From the NCBI GenBank assembly GCA_013288235.1, contig JABDCF010000003.1, positions 13,133 through 77,132 of the forward strand: a DNA stretch of 64,000 bases. Reading direction: 5' to 3'. This document shows, piece after piece, positions 47,274 to 56,600 of this stretch. The notes below the pieces were generated by a model, which saw only the letters and a list, made by a program, of their open reading frames with translations, was not told the DNA's origin and ran no database searches. The stretch comes from Bacteroidota bacterium. Lineage in GTDB: Bacteria; Bacteroidota; Bacteroidia; Sphingobacteriales; Sphingobacteriaceae. The translations under genes and the position numbers were made by a program. How positions within the stretch are numbered: the stretch's first letter is position 1; the number at the start of each line of letters is the position of its first letter.

Positions 47274-48191
47274 ATGATTATTTCTGTGCTTCCGGATCCC
47301 CAAAAAGACAACAACAATAGCCGCCCGGGGCAATCAGGCAACACAATTCTATATGCTTATACCAGGGAGAAATATTACTATCCTCCACATGCTACCCCGT
47401 ATCTTTTTGCTACTAACTTTATAAACAAAGGTCAATATCTCGTCAACAACCAACCTGTATTTATTTCAGAAAGATGTTTTTATCTATTAAATCCAAATGA
47501 TGAATTAGCCATTACTTTCAATGACGCCTTACCATTGAAAACATTGTTTGTATTTTTTAACGAGGAGTTTGTAAATGAGTGCTTTTATTCGCTCAATAAT
47601 TCTGATGAACACTTGTTAGAGAAGCCCTTTGATAAATGCGCTGGTCCGTTAGCTATCCCATCGGTACCCTTTCATTTAAATCAGGCTATTTCAAATATAA
47701 TTTCACTGTTAATACAGGGGCGAATAAACCAACAGGAGATCGATGCCAATTTGTTTAGCCTTATTGTGGAGTTTATGAACGTCAACTATCAATTAAAAAA
47801 GTTAAATGCTATAAAAAAAACAACAAAAGAGGAATTGTATAAACGCTTATTCGTTGCAAAAGAATTCATGAAAGATAATGCAATGGAAAATGGCCTAACT
47901 ATTGACGAAATAGCCAAAGAAGCGTGTATGAGCAAGTTTCATTTTTTAGAAAAATTTAAAGATTTGTATGGGCTCACGCCGCATCAATACCTTATTGAAT
48001 TAAAAATGCAGAAAGCCCGCCAGCTTCTGCAGAAACGGCAACACACAGTTACGGATGTTTGTTATGCTGTTGGTTTTGAAAGTGTTTCATCTTTCAGCAA
48101 TTTATTTAAAAGAACATTTGACACATCACCATCCACTATTTTAAAAGAAAGCAAATTCCCAATTTTCAACAAATCTAATGGTAACCTTTAA
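47274..48191 (+). CDS. AraC family transcriptional regulator
   Basis: IAKEACMSKFHF..FK...TPHQY and VGFESVSSFSNLFKR. Confidence 0.92.
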   Translation: MIISVLPDPQKDNNNSRPGQSGNTILYAYTREKYYYPPHATPYLFATNFINKGQYLVNNQPVFISERCFYLLNPNDELAITFNDALPLKTLFVFFNEEFVNECFYSLNNSDEHLLEKPFDKCAGPLAIPSVPFHLNQAISNIISLLIQGRINQQEIDANLFSLIVEFMNVNYQLKKLNAIKKTTKEELYKRLFVAKEFMKDNAMENGLTIDEIAKEACMSKFHFLEKFKDLYGLTPHQYLIELKMQKARQLLQKRQHTVTDVCYAVGFESVSSFSNLFKRTFDTSPSTILKESKFPIFNKSNGNL

Positions 48192-48218
48192 AATACTTTT
48201 GTTTCAAAATTATACAAC

Positions 48219-48764
48219 ATGAAACAATTATTTTTAATGTTAACGGTGCCATTTTTCCTGCTTCCATTTAATAAAAAATTAAGCAAGGCGCAGTTTCAGT
48301 CAACGAGGGTCGAGAAATCGGCAACTATTCAACTTAACGGGAAAATAGAAAAAGTATTTCCGCTTTTCGGTGTTTTTGAAGAACGGAAATGGGCGAATGA
48401 ATGGGCCCCTGTCGTTGTTTATCCAACATCCGAATTAATAGAAGAAGGAACTACTTTTAAAACTCATGGACACGGCCATCATGAGGATGGTTTTTTATGG
48501 ATAGTAACTAAATATCAACCGGAAGAACATTTAATTCAATACCTGGTATCAACGGAAAACAGGTTTTGGACAATAACAGTCAAATGCAAAGCTTTAAACA
48601 GCGCCGTCACAACTGCTGAAATAACATATAGGTTTACCAGCCTGAATGAAAATGGCAATGAAATAAACCCAGTGATGTTACAGGCAATTTATAAACATGA
48701 TTTAAAGGATTGGGAAAAAGCGATCAATTATTATCTTGAAACCGGAAAAACCTTACAGGAATAA
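48219..48764 (+). CDS. SRPBCC/START-like hypothetical protein
   Basis: IEKVFPLFG..EERKW..W, W.VTKY and DWEKAINYYLETG; TACTTTTG upstream. Confidence 0.55.
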   Translation: MKQLFLMLTVPFFLLPFNKKLSKAQFQSTRVEKSATIQLNGKIEKVFPLFGVFEERKWANEWAPVVVYPTSELIEEGTTFKTHGHGHHEDGFLWIVTKYQPEEHLIQYLVSTENRFWTITVKCKALNSAVTTAEITYRFTSLNENGNEINPVMLQAIYKHDLKDWEKAINYYLETGKTLQE

Positions 48765-48768
48765 ATAA

Positions 48769-48811
48769 AAGTCCGAAAGATTTATTGTCTTTCGGACTTC
48801 CGGACTTGACT
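48769..48811. terminator. Hairpin between convergent genes (also an 8-mer CTTCGGA-type repeat)
   Basis: Perfect 12-bp stem AAGTCCGAAAGA/TCTTTCGGACTT plus an extra CCGGACTT unit. Confidence 0.6.
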
Positions 48812-49832
48812 ACTTCAATGCCCTGTCAGCCGATTGCCGCTCAACCATCCAGCCGGGGTATTCTTTCGGCAGTGCGCTTACTTCGTCGATAGTTTTAAGG
48901 TCATCCGATGATAGGATAACCTCTGTCGACTTGATATTGGCATTCAATTGGTCAACACTTTTGGCGCCGATGATGGTGCTTGTCACCCCTTTTTGCTGGC
49001 GTACCCAGGCCAGGGCAATTTCGGCAACGGTAGCGTTATGCGCTTTTCCAATTTCTGTTATTACATCGATAATGTCATAAGCTTTTTCTTTATTAATGGG
49101 TGGGAAGTCAAAAGTGTCCCTGCGTGAGCCTTCTGCTTTTTCAGCATTGCGGCCATATTTACCGCCAAGGAAGCCACCCGCCAAGGGACTCCAGGGCATA
49201 ATGGCAAGGTTTTGATCAGCGGCTAACGGTAAAATTTCCCGCTCGATATCACGCCCTGCCAATGCATAAAAATATTGCATGCCCACAAACTTGTTCCAGC
49301 GATGGTTTTCAGCTATGCCTAAACCTTTCATTACCATCCACGCGGGCCAGTTGCAAACTGCTATATAACGCACCTTGCCGGTAAGCACAATATCATTAAG
49401 CGACCGCATAATTTCTTCAACAGGTGTTTTGGGGTCAACGCCATGTACATATAAAACATCGATGTGGTCTAACTGTAAGCGTTTTAAACTTTCATCAACC
49501 GACTGGAAAATATGGTAACGCGACAGGCCGACATTGTTTAGGCCTTCACTCATTCTGCCGCGCACCTTCGTGGCTATTACCAGGTCGTTGCGATTAATGC
49601 CAAGGTCCTTTATCGATTGCCCCAAAAGCTTTTCAGATTCGCCGAATGAGTAAACATTTGCCGTATCAATAAAGTTAATACCCGAATCCACAACAACCTT
49701 CATCAGGCCGTTCACCTCTTTTTGCTGTACTTTGCCTATGGCTTCCCAATAGCCTTTTCCACCGAAGGTCATGGCGCCAAAACATAATTCGGAAACCACC
49801 AGGCCGGTGTTGCCTAAAAAATTGTATTTCAT
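48810..49832 (-). CDS. Aldo/keto reductase
   Basis: GINFIDTANVYS, IATKV, SLKRLQLDHID and WSPLAGG; start at MKYNFLG. Confidence 0.93.
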   Translation of the reverse strand: MKYNFLGNTGLVVSELCFGAMTFGGKGYWEAIGKVQQKEVNGLMKVVVDSGINFIDTANVYSFGESEKLLGQSIKDLGINRNDLVIATKVRGRMSEGLNNVGLSRYHIFQSVDESLKRLQLDHIDVLYVHGVDPKTPVEEIMRSLNDIVLTGKVRYIAVCNWPAWMVMKGLGIAENHRWNKFVGMQYFYALAGRDIEREILPLAADQNLAIMPWSPLAGGFLGGKYGRNAEKAEGSRRDTFDFPPINKEKAYDIIDVITEIGKAHNATVAEIALAWVRQQKGVTSTIIGAKSVDQLNANIKSTEVILSSDDLKTIDEVSALPKEYPGWMVERQSADRALK

Positions 49833-49904
49833 AAGTTTGATGATTTTAAATGTGAAAGTAAAATTGAGGGTTTGGGATTGAAGAATGGTCAGGGGAGGGT
49901 AAAA

Positions 49905-49973
49905 TTGGTTGATAGGGTTGGATTGGATAAGTTTAACCACTCACCCAATCCAACCCAATCAACCACTCACTTA
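49905..49973. repeat. Family A inverted tandem element
   Basis: TTGGTTGATAGGGTTGGATTGG ... ACCACTCACCCAATCCAACCCAATCAACCACTCAC. Confidence 0.8.
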
Positions 49974-52900
49974 TTTCACTACCTCCACCCATTGCCCCTT
50001 CCTCAACGCCGAAATGGAATTATTATACATCGCTTCACAATACGTCGCAGGCATATAATATTTGCCTGCATAGGCCGCGTTGAGCATTACATAATAGGTA
50101 ACTTCCTTGTCTTCGGGCAGGCTGAAATAGGTATAAACCCTGTCGTCCCTGATGTCTTTATAATCCGATTCGGACGAAGGAAAAGCCTCATCGTTGCCTA
50201 TCATCCGCATATTCAAAATTTCCCAGCCGGAGGGGAATATCTGCGTAAGCGCCATATTATCATATCGCCCGCGCTTGCCCGGGTTTTTGATATTTACCTG
50301 GGCTACGAAGTCAGTTCCCTGCGTTAGTTTGGATGGATCTATTTCTTTGCCCCCAAGGGTAAAGTAGCCCACACGCATCTGCAAAACATCAGGGTTAATA
50401 ACTGATTGCACATCCTGGCCTGATGATGGCTGCCCTTGCTGTATCAGCCTTACGTACAGCCTGTTATTGCCGCTGTTTTTTAACGATACTTTGCCGCCGT
50501 TTGCTGCAACATCGGATTGCCATAAATACGAAGGCGAATTTATGTTTGATGCTGCATTTCCTGCCTGGTAATTAAACAATAGCTTACTGCCCGATTTGTT
50601 CTTCCCGCAATATTCCGCTATCGCGATGAGCGAATAGGCCGTTGTTTGCGTACTGTACCAGTCATCCTGCGACAATCTTGAGGCAACCGTCCGCAGTTCA
50701 GCGGCTGCTTTTTGCTGCTGGCCAAGCAGGGTCAATGTTTCCAGTATCATGGCATCATCCCGAAGGTCAGAGCCATAGGTGCCGAACATGGAATTATATG
50801 GTTTGACGATTAACGGAAGGTTAGCTATCATTTGCAAACCTATCTCCGGCTGCCCGGCCAGTTTGTAAGCAGCAGCCAAACGCCAGCGTGCTTCAATGCT
50901 CAAATATTTAAATTCCCTCAACCTGTTCATCGCCCCAAGTTCCGGCGACCGCGCCAAAGCCAGCAGGTATAAACGGTAAGCCTGTATTAAATCCGAACCA
51001 TAAAAACTGCGGGTGTCTGGCGCCCAGGTTTGGGCTTTTTGCTTTTCGTAAATTTTCCAATGCTCTAAAAAGCCAAGCGGCAGGCTATAACCTTTGGCTT
51101 GTGCAGCCAGCATAAAATGGCCGGCATAATTGGTGCCCCATTCATCGGCTTCGCCTTCGCCCGGCCAATAGCTTAGCCCGCCATTGGTCAGCTGGAAACC
51201 GTTCAACCTGTTGATGGTTAGTTTTATATTGCGCTCGGTCTCCGCTTTTTGCCGCGCGGTAAGGTCGAGCAATTGGTCTAAATATAATTGCGGGAACGCT
51301 GATGAAGTGGTTTGTTCTACACAGCCGTATGGGTATTCTATCAAATAATCCAACCGTTTGGTAAGGTTTAATGGCGGAATGGAAGCTACCTCGAGCGTGG
51401 CTTTATTGGTGCCGTTAATGCCAATTGCCGAATAGGATGTCGCCCATGTTTCACCGGGCTTCAACTCCTTTTCAAATATTTTGGTAACAGGCGGGTTAGG
51501 GTTGCGCACATTCAGTTCAACATCAAAAGCCGATGTTTCTTTACCGCTTTTCGCGATGATCTTCACCTTTCCAACACCAACAAAATCTTTTACATCCAGA
51601 TCAAAGGTTACCAGTTGGTCGCCTGTCTTTGTAAAGGTCACTTTTTTTTGATCATTCCCGGCCAGGTTGCTGAAAGTGTTCGACTGCACCTGCACGTTAA
51701 CCGTCTTGATGTTGTTTTCCATTGCGAAGACGGTTACCGGCAGCTTTATTTTTTCCGATGGCCCTAAAACTCGGGGCAAGGTTGCCAGTATCATCAATGG
51801 CTTCTTCACAGCCACATATTTATCGGCAAAACCATAGCTGCCATCGTGCCCCGCAATAACCATTACTTTAACCGAGCCTATATACTGCGGCAAAGTGAAG
51901 TTTTGCGTTTGTTTTTCGCCCTTGCCTAACCTAAACGGCCCTAAAAACTTCACTACAGGTTTAAAACGATTGACAGAGACATTATGGTTAGCACCCGCCG
52001 TGCCATCCCCACCGATACTTAAAATACGTTCAAGTCCGCCTCCGTATGCGCCGATGACGTAATCAAATAAGTCCCAGCTTTTAACGCCGAGCGCTTCACG
52101 GGCGTAGAAAGTGGTATGCGGGTCGGGCGTTTTATAATTGGTAATATCCAGCAGGCCTTCGTCAACAATGGCAACGGTATAGGTCATTTCCTTACCTGAT
52201 GCCTCCGAGATGGTAATCGATGAACGCGTTTCCGGCCTGATCTTATCCGGCATGCTGATAATTGGTTTTAATATAGTTGCTGGGTCGTCAACCGTTAAGG
52301 GAATCACGCCATACATACGGATAGGCAAGTCGTTCACGGTTTGCGAATGCCGCTGCAACAGCGTGACATTCACAAAAATATTGGGCGACATGGTTTCATC
52401 GATTTTAAAAGTATAGCGCGTTTGCCCTTTTTTGGTATCTATCCAGGTGGTTTTCAAAATTTTGCTCCCATTTTCAAAGCTGATGAGCGCACGTCCGTCC
52501 GACATGGTGGGGATAGTTAGTGTAGCATCGTCGCCAACTTTATAATTGGTTTTATCAGATGTGAACGATAGCATTGCTGCCTCGGTAGGGTTGGTTTGCT
52601 GCAACCGTTCCGACCAGTTTGGCCAATCCACGTATATTATCTTACCTGTCGAGTGGCCTGTTTGCTCATCTTTTACCCTGATAAGGTAACGTCCCCAATC
52701 GGCCTGGTTAATATGTAAATTCCATTTGCCGCGGCCATTTACCAGCTTTATGGTTTCGGTTTTTATAAGCTTGTTGTATTTATCCTGGGTGAAATTGCTC
52801 ATCTCGTTCCCGGTCTCATCCCACCACCAGCGCCATTGTATTTTATAAAGCTCCAGTTCAACATTACGCGTACCTTCAAACGGAATGCCTTTGGTATCCA

Positions 52901-55574
52901 CATCGGCAATATCAATGGTGTTATCTTTATCAGTAAACAGCATGCCCGATAGATCGCTTCCTTTTGGCGTTTTTATGCCAACATAACCCGGGTAAACGTT
53001 ATAAGGCATACTTAAAGATTGTATACTGAAATTGCCGCCCGGCTCAAATACTTTTATCAAAAAGTTAGCCTTAAGCTGGCCGGGTGCCTGTTTTTCAATA
53101 TTAATATTGGTATTTACCGTTGCCTTGCCTTCCGCATCGAGCCTGCCATCAAAAATGGTTGAGGTTTGGGTGGTGAAGGATAGGGTAGGGTCATCAAAAA
53201 TATAATCGTCGAAGTTTTTAAACGTGGTGGTCTGCGGCGTTAAAAAGGCATCGACCTTTGCTTTTAGGTTTTGCGCAGTGCCGCCAAAAAGCCATTGTGC
53301 GGTAAGCGCGCCGGTTATATCGCCGCCTTTGGTTAATTCCGTTGCCCCGCCAAAGGTTAAACCAATTTTTAATCGGTTCGGCATTATCGTTTCTATCTTA
53401 ACATTTTTCTCGAACAAAGCCCCGCCAACTTTTACCTTGGCCGACCAGTTACCCGTAGGCGATGAAGTTTCCGTTGCTGTATGGAAACTATAAAAGCCAT
53501 CCACTGAACTTGTTTGCGTAATCCGCCTGTATAACTTGCCGTTAGGATCGTACAATTCAAACTCAACCGGGTGATCGGCAGGCAATGTTTTTAGCTTGTC
53601 TTCCAATATAAACGACATGAAAATAGAGTCGCCCGGCCGCCAAACGCCGCGTTCGCCGTAAATAAAGCCTTTCAAACCACTTTGTACTTCATCGCCTCCA
53701 ACATTAAAGCGGGACAGGGGCAAGGAGCTTCCGTCATCCAGCTTTAAATAGCCGCGTTCATTCCCTTGTTTGGCTACCAGCAAGTAAGGTTTGCGCGTAA
53801 GGTTAAATTTTGCAAGGCCATCGGCGTCCGAAGCTGTTTTAAAAATTACCTGTTTCTGGTAATCCAATATTTCAATATCAACACCAGTCATCGGTTTGGC
53901 GGTTAATATATTGGTTACAGCTACCACCATACCGTTATCGTTGCCCCGTTTTGCTATCAAACCAATGTTTGATGCGATGATATTACGCGTTGCCCACTTA
54001 TCTTTGGTAAAATAGGAATTTGTACAAGGGTCATCGCGTTGCTGCCAGTTAAAGCCATCGGGGTAATAGCTGTCATATCTTGTCCAAAAATCATCATCTT
54101 CGTCACTTACAATGCCCACATTGTTGCTGTTGCCGCCGCCTTCATAGCCGTATTCGTCATCATCGGTATTCTTTTTAAGTACAGGCCCGCCTGCACTGCA
54201 ATTGTAGAGCGAATACTCTTTTCTATAGCCAATAATTACGCGGTATATAGCGCCCGGCTCTGCACGCAGCATTTGGTCAAGATCGAGCATAAACCGGTTC
54301 TTTTTGTTAAGGTTTAAGCTTTTATCGGCGTCAAGCCTTATGGTTTTTTGTACGATAGGGCGGCCTACATGCCTCAATTCATCCGCACCATCAAAGCCAT
54401 TGTTTTGAAAATACTGCGGTACATTATCTGCATATATTTTGATGATACTAACATCAACTGCATTTAGGTTAACCGCCTCGAAAGGCATCATCAGTTTACC
54501 TGAATCGGGCAAAATAACACCCTTACCGGGGATAGTAACCGATGGCAAACGGTTTTCGAAAAACACGCTGCCCGAATACGTTTTGGTTATTTTTTGGTGC
54601 GATATATTTTCAATGCCTTCGTTAACCGAGACGCTGTAATTGCCCTCAAGCCGCTCTGGCGCATAAACTTTGACTGTACTGCCATCAATGGTATAAGCGG
54701 GTTCGCCCACATTGCCAACGGTGATCAGCCCGTTTAACTCCTGGCCAACCATTATCGCATCAGAAAACTGCACCAATACGTACTGGTCATTATCCTGTAC
54801 CGCACGGATATCCAACACCTTAAAATCACCGATGGCGGGCACCTGAAACTCCTGGCCGCCTTTTTTATCGATGTTCAGCCCAGCGCCATCCCAGCTAACT
54901 GTTAGTGGGTTTACTTTATCTTTTTCACGTATTAACTGCGTCACGGTAAACGTATGCGTCTTGGTTACAGGGTTATGCTGCCAGGTTATTTGAACCGGCG
55001 AAGCAAAGTTTACGCTGATAGCCTTTTCAATACTTGCCGGGTCTTCGTTATCAGCAGTTTGCACAATGCCGCCGAGTTTCATTTTATCTACGGAAGTATT
55101 GGTTGCTGTTTGCAAACCCGTAAACGATACGGTGAAATCAGGCTTGATGGTTTGGAAACCGAATTTAAAATCATCAAAATGATCGGGCACCTTAATTATT
55201 TTACCCAAATTAAAATCAGCTGTATAACTTTTATCAGGATCGAGCTTACCTTCGGGCCTGAACTCGACAGTGCGCGCATCAACCCAGTAGGCTTTCCCCC
55301 TGATGGATGGCGAAAAATCAAAAACATTATCAGCCAGCGCCTCATTTTGTACATGGGTAGTTTGCACATCGCCAGCCAGGCGGATGCGTATCGTACTCTG
55401 TTTGGACACGATGCCCGTAGTGTAGGATTCGATGTATTTGCTAAAAGCCGGATCGATCCCTGGTTTCTGACGGTGGTGAAAAAATAAAAATAAAACGAGA
55501 ATTACGAGCGTAGCCAGTACGCCGATGCTAATTAGCCCTTTCCTGCCTGGGGAAAGGTTATCCGGGATGTTCAT
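49971..55574 (-). CDS. Bacterial alpha-2-macroglobulin
   Basis: ERGVWRPGD, AIVDEGLL and thioester motif YPYGCVEQ; C-terminal DIRDDR and EAMY. Confidence 0.95.
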   Translation of the reverse strand: MNIPDNLSPGRKGLISIGVLATLVILVLFLFFHHRQKPGIDPAFSKYIESYTTGIVSKQSTIRIRLAGDVQTTHVQNEALADNVFDFSPSIRGKAYWVDARTVEFRPEGKLDPDKSYTADFNLGKIIKVPDHFDDFKFGFQTIKPDFTVSFTGLQTATNTSVDKMKLGGIVQTADNEDPASIEKAISVNFASPVQITWQHNPVTKTHTFTVTQLIREKDKVNPLTVSWDGAGLNIDKKGGQEFQVPAIGDFKVLDIRAVQDNDQYVLVQFSDAIMVGQELNGLITVGNVGEPAYTIDGSTVKVYAPERLEGNYSVSVNEGIENISHQKITKTYSGSVFFENRLPSVTIPGKGVILPDSGKLMMPFEAVNLNAVDVSIIKIYADNVPQYFQNNGFDGADELRHVGRPIVQKTIRLDADKSLNLNKKNRFMLDLDQMLRAEPGAIYRVIIGYRKEYSLYNCSAGGPVLKKNTDDDEYGYEGGGNSNNVGIVSDEDDDFWTRYDSYYPDGFNWQQRDDPCTNSYFTKDKWATRNIIASNIGLIAKRGNDNGMVVAVTNILTAKPMTGVDIEILDYQKQVIFKTASDADGLAKFNLTRKPYLLVAKQGNERGYLKLDDGSSLPLSRFNVGGDEVQSGLKGFIYGERGVWRPGDSIFMSFILEDKLKTLPADHPVEFELYDPNGKLYRRITQTSSVDGFYSFHTATETSSPTGNWSAKVKVGGALFEKNVKIETIMPNRLKIGLTFGGATELTKGGDITGALTAQWLFGGTAQNLKAKVDAFLTPQTTTFKNFDDYIFDDPTLSFTTQTSTIFDGRLDAEGKATVNTNINIEKQAPGQLKANFLIKVFEPGGNFSIQSLSMPYNVYPGYVGIKTPKGSDLSGMLFTDKDNTIDIADVDTKGIPFEGTRNVELELYKIQWRWWWDETGNEMSNFTQDKYNKLIKTETIKLVNGRGKWNLHINQADWGRYLIRVKDEQTGHSTGKIIYVDWPNWSERLQQTNPTEAAMLSFTSDKTNYKVGDDATLTIPTMSDGRALISFENGSKILKTTWIDTKKGQTRYTFKIDETMSPNIFVNVTLLQRHSQTVNDLPIRMYGVIPLTVDDPATILKPIISMPDKIRPETRSSITISEASGKEMTYTVAIVDEGLLDITNYKTPDPHTTFYAREALGVKSWDLFDYVIGAYGGGLERILSIGGDGTAGANHNVSVNRFKPVVKFLGPFRLGKGEKQTQNFTLPQYIGSVKVMVIAGHDGSYGFADKYVAVKKPLMILATLPRVLGPSEKIKLPVTVFAMENNIKTVNVQVQSNTFSNLAGNDQKKVTFTKTGDQLVTFDLDVKDFVGVGKVKIIAKSGKETSAFDVELNVRNPNPPVTKIFEKELKPGETWATSYSAIGINGTNKATLEVASIPPLNLTKRLDYLIEYPYGCVEQTTSSAFPQLYLDQLLDLTARQKAETERNIKLTINRLNGFQLTNGGLSYWPGEGEADEWGTNYAGHFMLAAQAKGYSLPLGFLEHWKIYEKQKAQTWAPDTRSFYGSDLIQAYRLYLLALARSPELGAMNRLREFKYLSIEARWRLAAAYKLAGQPEIGLQMIANLPLIVKPYNSMFGTYGSDLRDDAMILETLTLLGQQQKAAAELRTVASRLSQDDWYSTQTTAYSLIAIAEYCGKNKSGSKLLFNYQAGNAASNINSPSYLWQSDVAANGGKVSLKNSGNNRLYVRLIQQGQPSSGQDVQSVINPDVLQMRVGYFTLGGKEIDPSKLTQGTDFVAQVNIKNPGKRGRYDNMALTQIFPSGWEILNMRMIGNDEAFPSSESDYKDIRDDRVYTYFSLPEDKEVTYYVMLNAAYAGKYYMPATYCEAMYNNSISALRKGQWVEVVK

Positions 55575-55851
55575 GGGAAAATGGTGTGTTTATTGTCAGG
55601 AAAATTAATAAATTTTTGACAAATAATAATATTTTGTAAAATATATTTTTTACACCTGATTTGGGATGATTTTAATATGGTAACCTACTATATGAGTTGT
55701 ATATACCAAAAATACTTAGCGAATATTTGGTGTTTTTTTCTGTCGATTTTAAAACATGTGCCTAATTTGTTTTAGGAGATTTAAATTCGCTGCTTCTAAT
55801 ATCCCTTAAATGACAATTCGAATAATAAAAATAATTCGTAAATTTTGATTT

Positions 55852-56082
55852 ATGCAGGTACAGATTGACATAGGGTTTGAGCAATTGGTAAGTATTGCTA
55901 AAAAGCTGCCTAAAACTCAATGGCAAGCATTAAAAGGCGAGGTTGAAAAGGATAATGATCAGTCTAAAAACGATACTGATGATTTAGAGGCATTTTTATT
56001 AAGCGGCCCAATCTACAGCAAAGAACAATTAGATGTAATTCAAGAAAATAGAAAAGCGATCAATAAATGGCGGACAATATAA
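55852..56082 (+). CDS. Small protein, putative orphan antitoxin
   Basis: 76 aa with IGFEQL...KKLP and LLSGP...I.ENRK.INKWR; overlaps a downstream ATG as TA antitoxins do. Confidence 0.55.
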   Translation: MQVQIDIGFEQLVSIAKKLPKTQWQALKGEVEKDNDQSKNDTDDLEAFLLSGPIYSKEQLDVIQENRKAINKWRTI

Positions 56083-56105
56083 TCCGTGTCGAACCTTCTA
56101 ATAAT
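56067..56105 (+). pseudogene. Possible N-terminal remnant of a VapC/PIN toxin
   Basis: ATG overlapping the antitoxin end encodes MADNIIRVEPS, resembling a PIN start of the form MA..II.VDTS; it then runs into the convergent gene. Confidence 0.35.
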
Positions 56106-56107
56106 CC

Positions 56108-56512
56108 TTACAATATCATCACCCCAACCTTGTTAACCACCGGCAGCTTTATAAAATTCATATCAACAATGCTTTCCGGAAGAAAGATGAATTTTTTATC
56201 GTAAATATTTCCGTCGATATAATAACTAAGCCAGTATTCATTATTTAAGCCGAAAGTTTGCTCATCAATGGGTTCGATGAGTTTATAGGAACCTTTGTCA
56301 ACCACCGGGAACATATGTCTGAGGGTAGAGGTTTTTACCGGGGTGCCATCCTTTTCACCGTAGCCTTTTGATGTGATCAGCACATTTTCAATAGGTACGT
56401 TTTTCAGGTTTATTAAATACACGTACCATATTTTGCTTTCGGCACTTTCTTTTTCAAGCGCCACGGCAACAGCAATATCTTTTACTATATTTTCGGGGAG
56501 GTCTTTTATCAT
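56108..56512 (-). CDS. Conserved Bacteroidota hypothetical protein
   Basis: W.VYLIN, SKGYG, KTSTLRH, LNNEYW.SY and YDKKFIF; start at MIKDLP. Confidence 0.8.
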   Translation of the reverse strand: MIKDLPENIVKDIAVAVALEKESAESKIWYVYLINLKNVPIENVLITSKGYGEKDGTPVKTSTLRHMFPVVDKGSYKLIEPIDEQTFGLNNEYWLSYYIDGNIYDKKFIFLPESIVDMNFIKLPVVNKVGVMIL

Positions 56513-56513
56513 T

Positions 56514-56600
56514 TTGGGTTTATTAAGTTGAGTTGGTCGATTAAGTGAGTAGTTGCGAAACCTAATCAAACCATTCACTTAATCAACCCAATCAACCAAC
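56514..56600. repeat. Family A inverted tandem element
   Basis: GTCGATTAAGTGAGTAGT ... ACCATTCACTTAATCAACCCAATCAACC. Confidence 0.8.
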
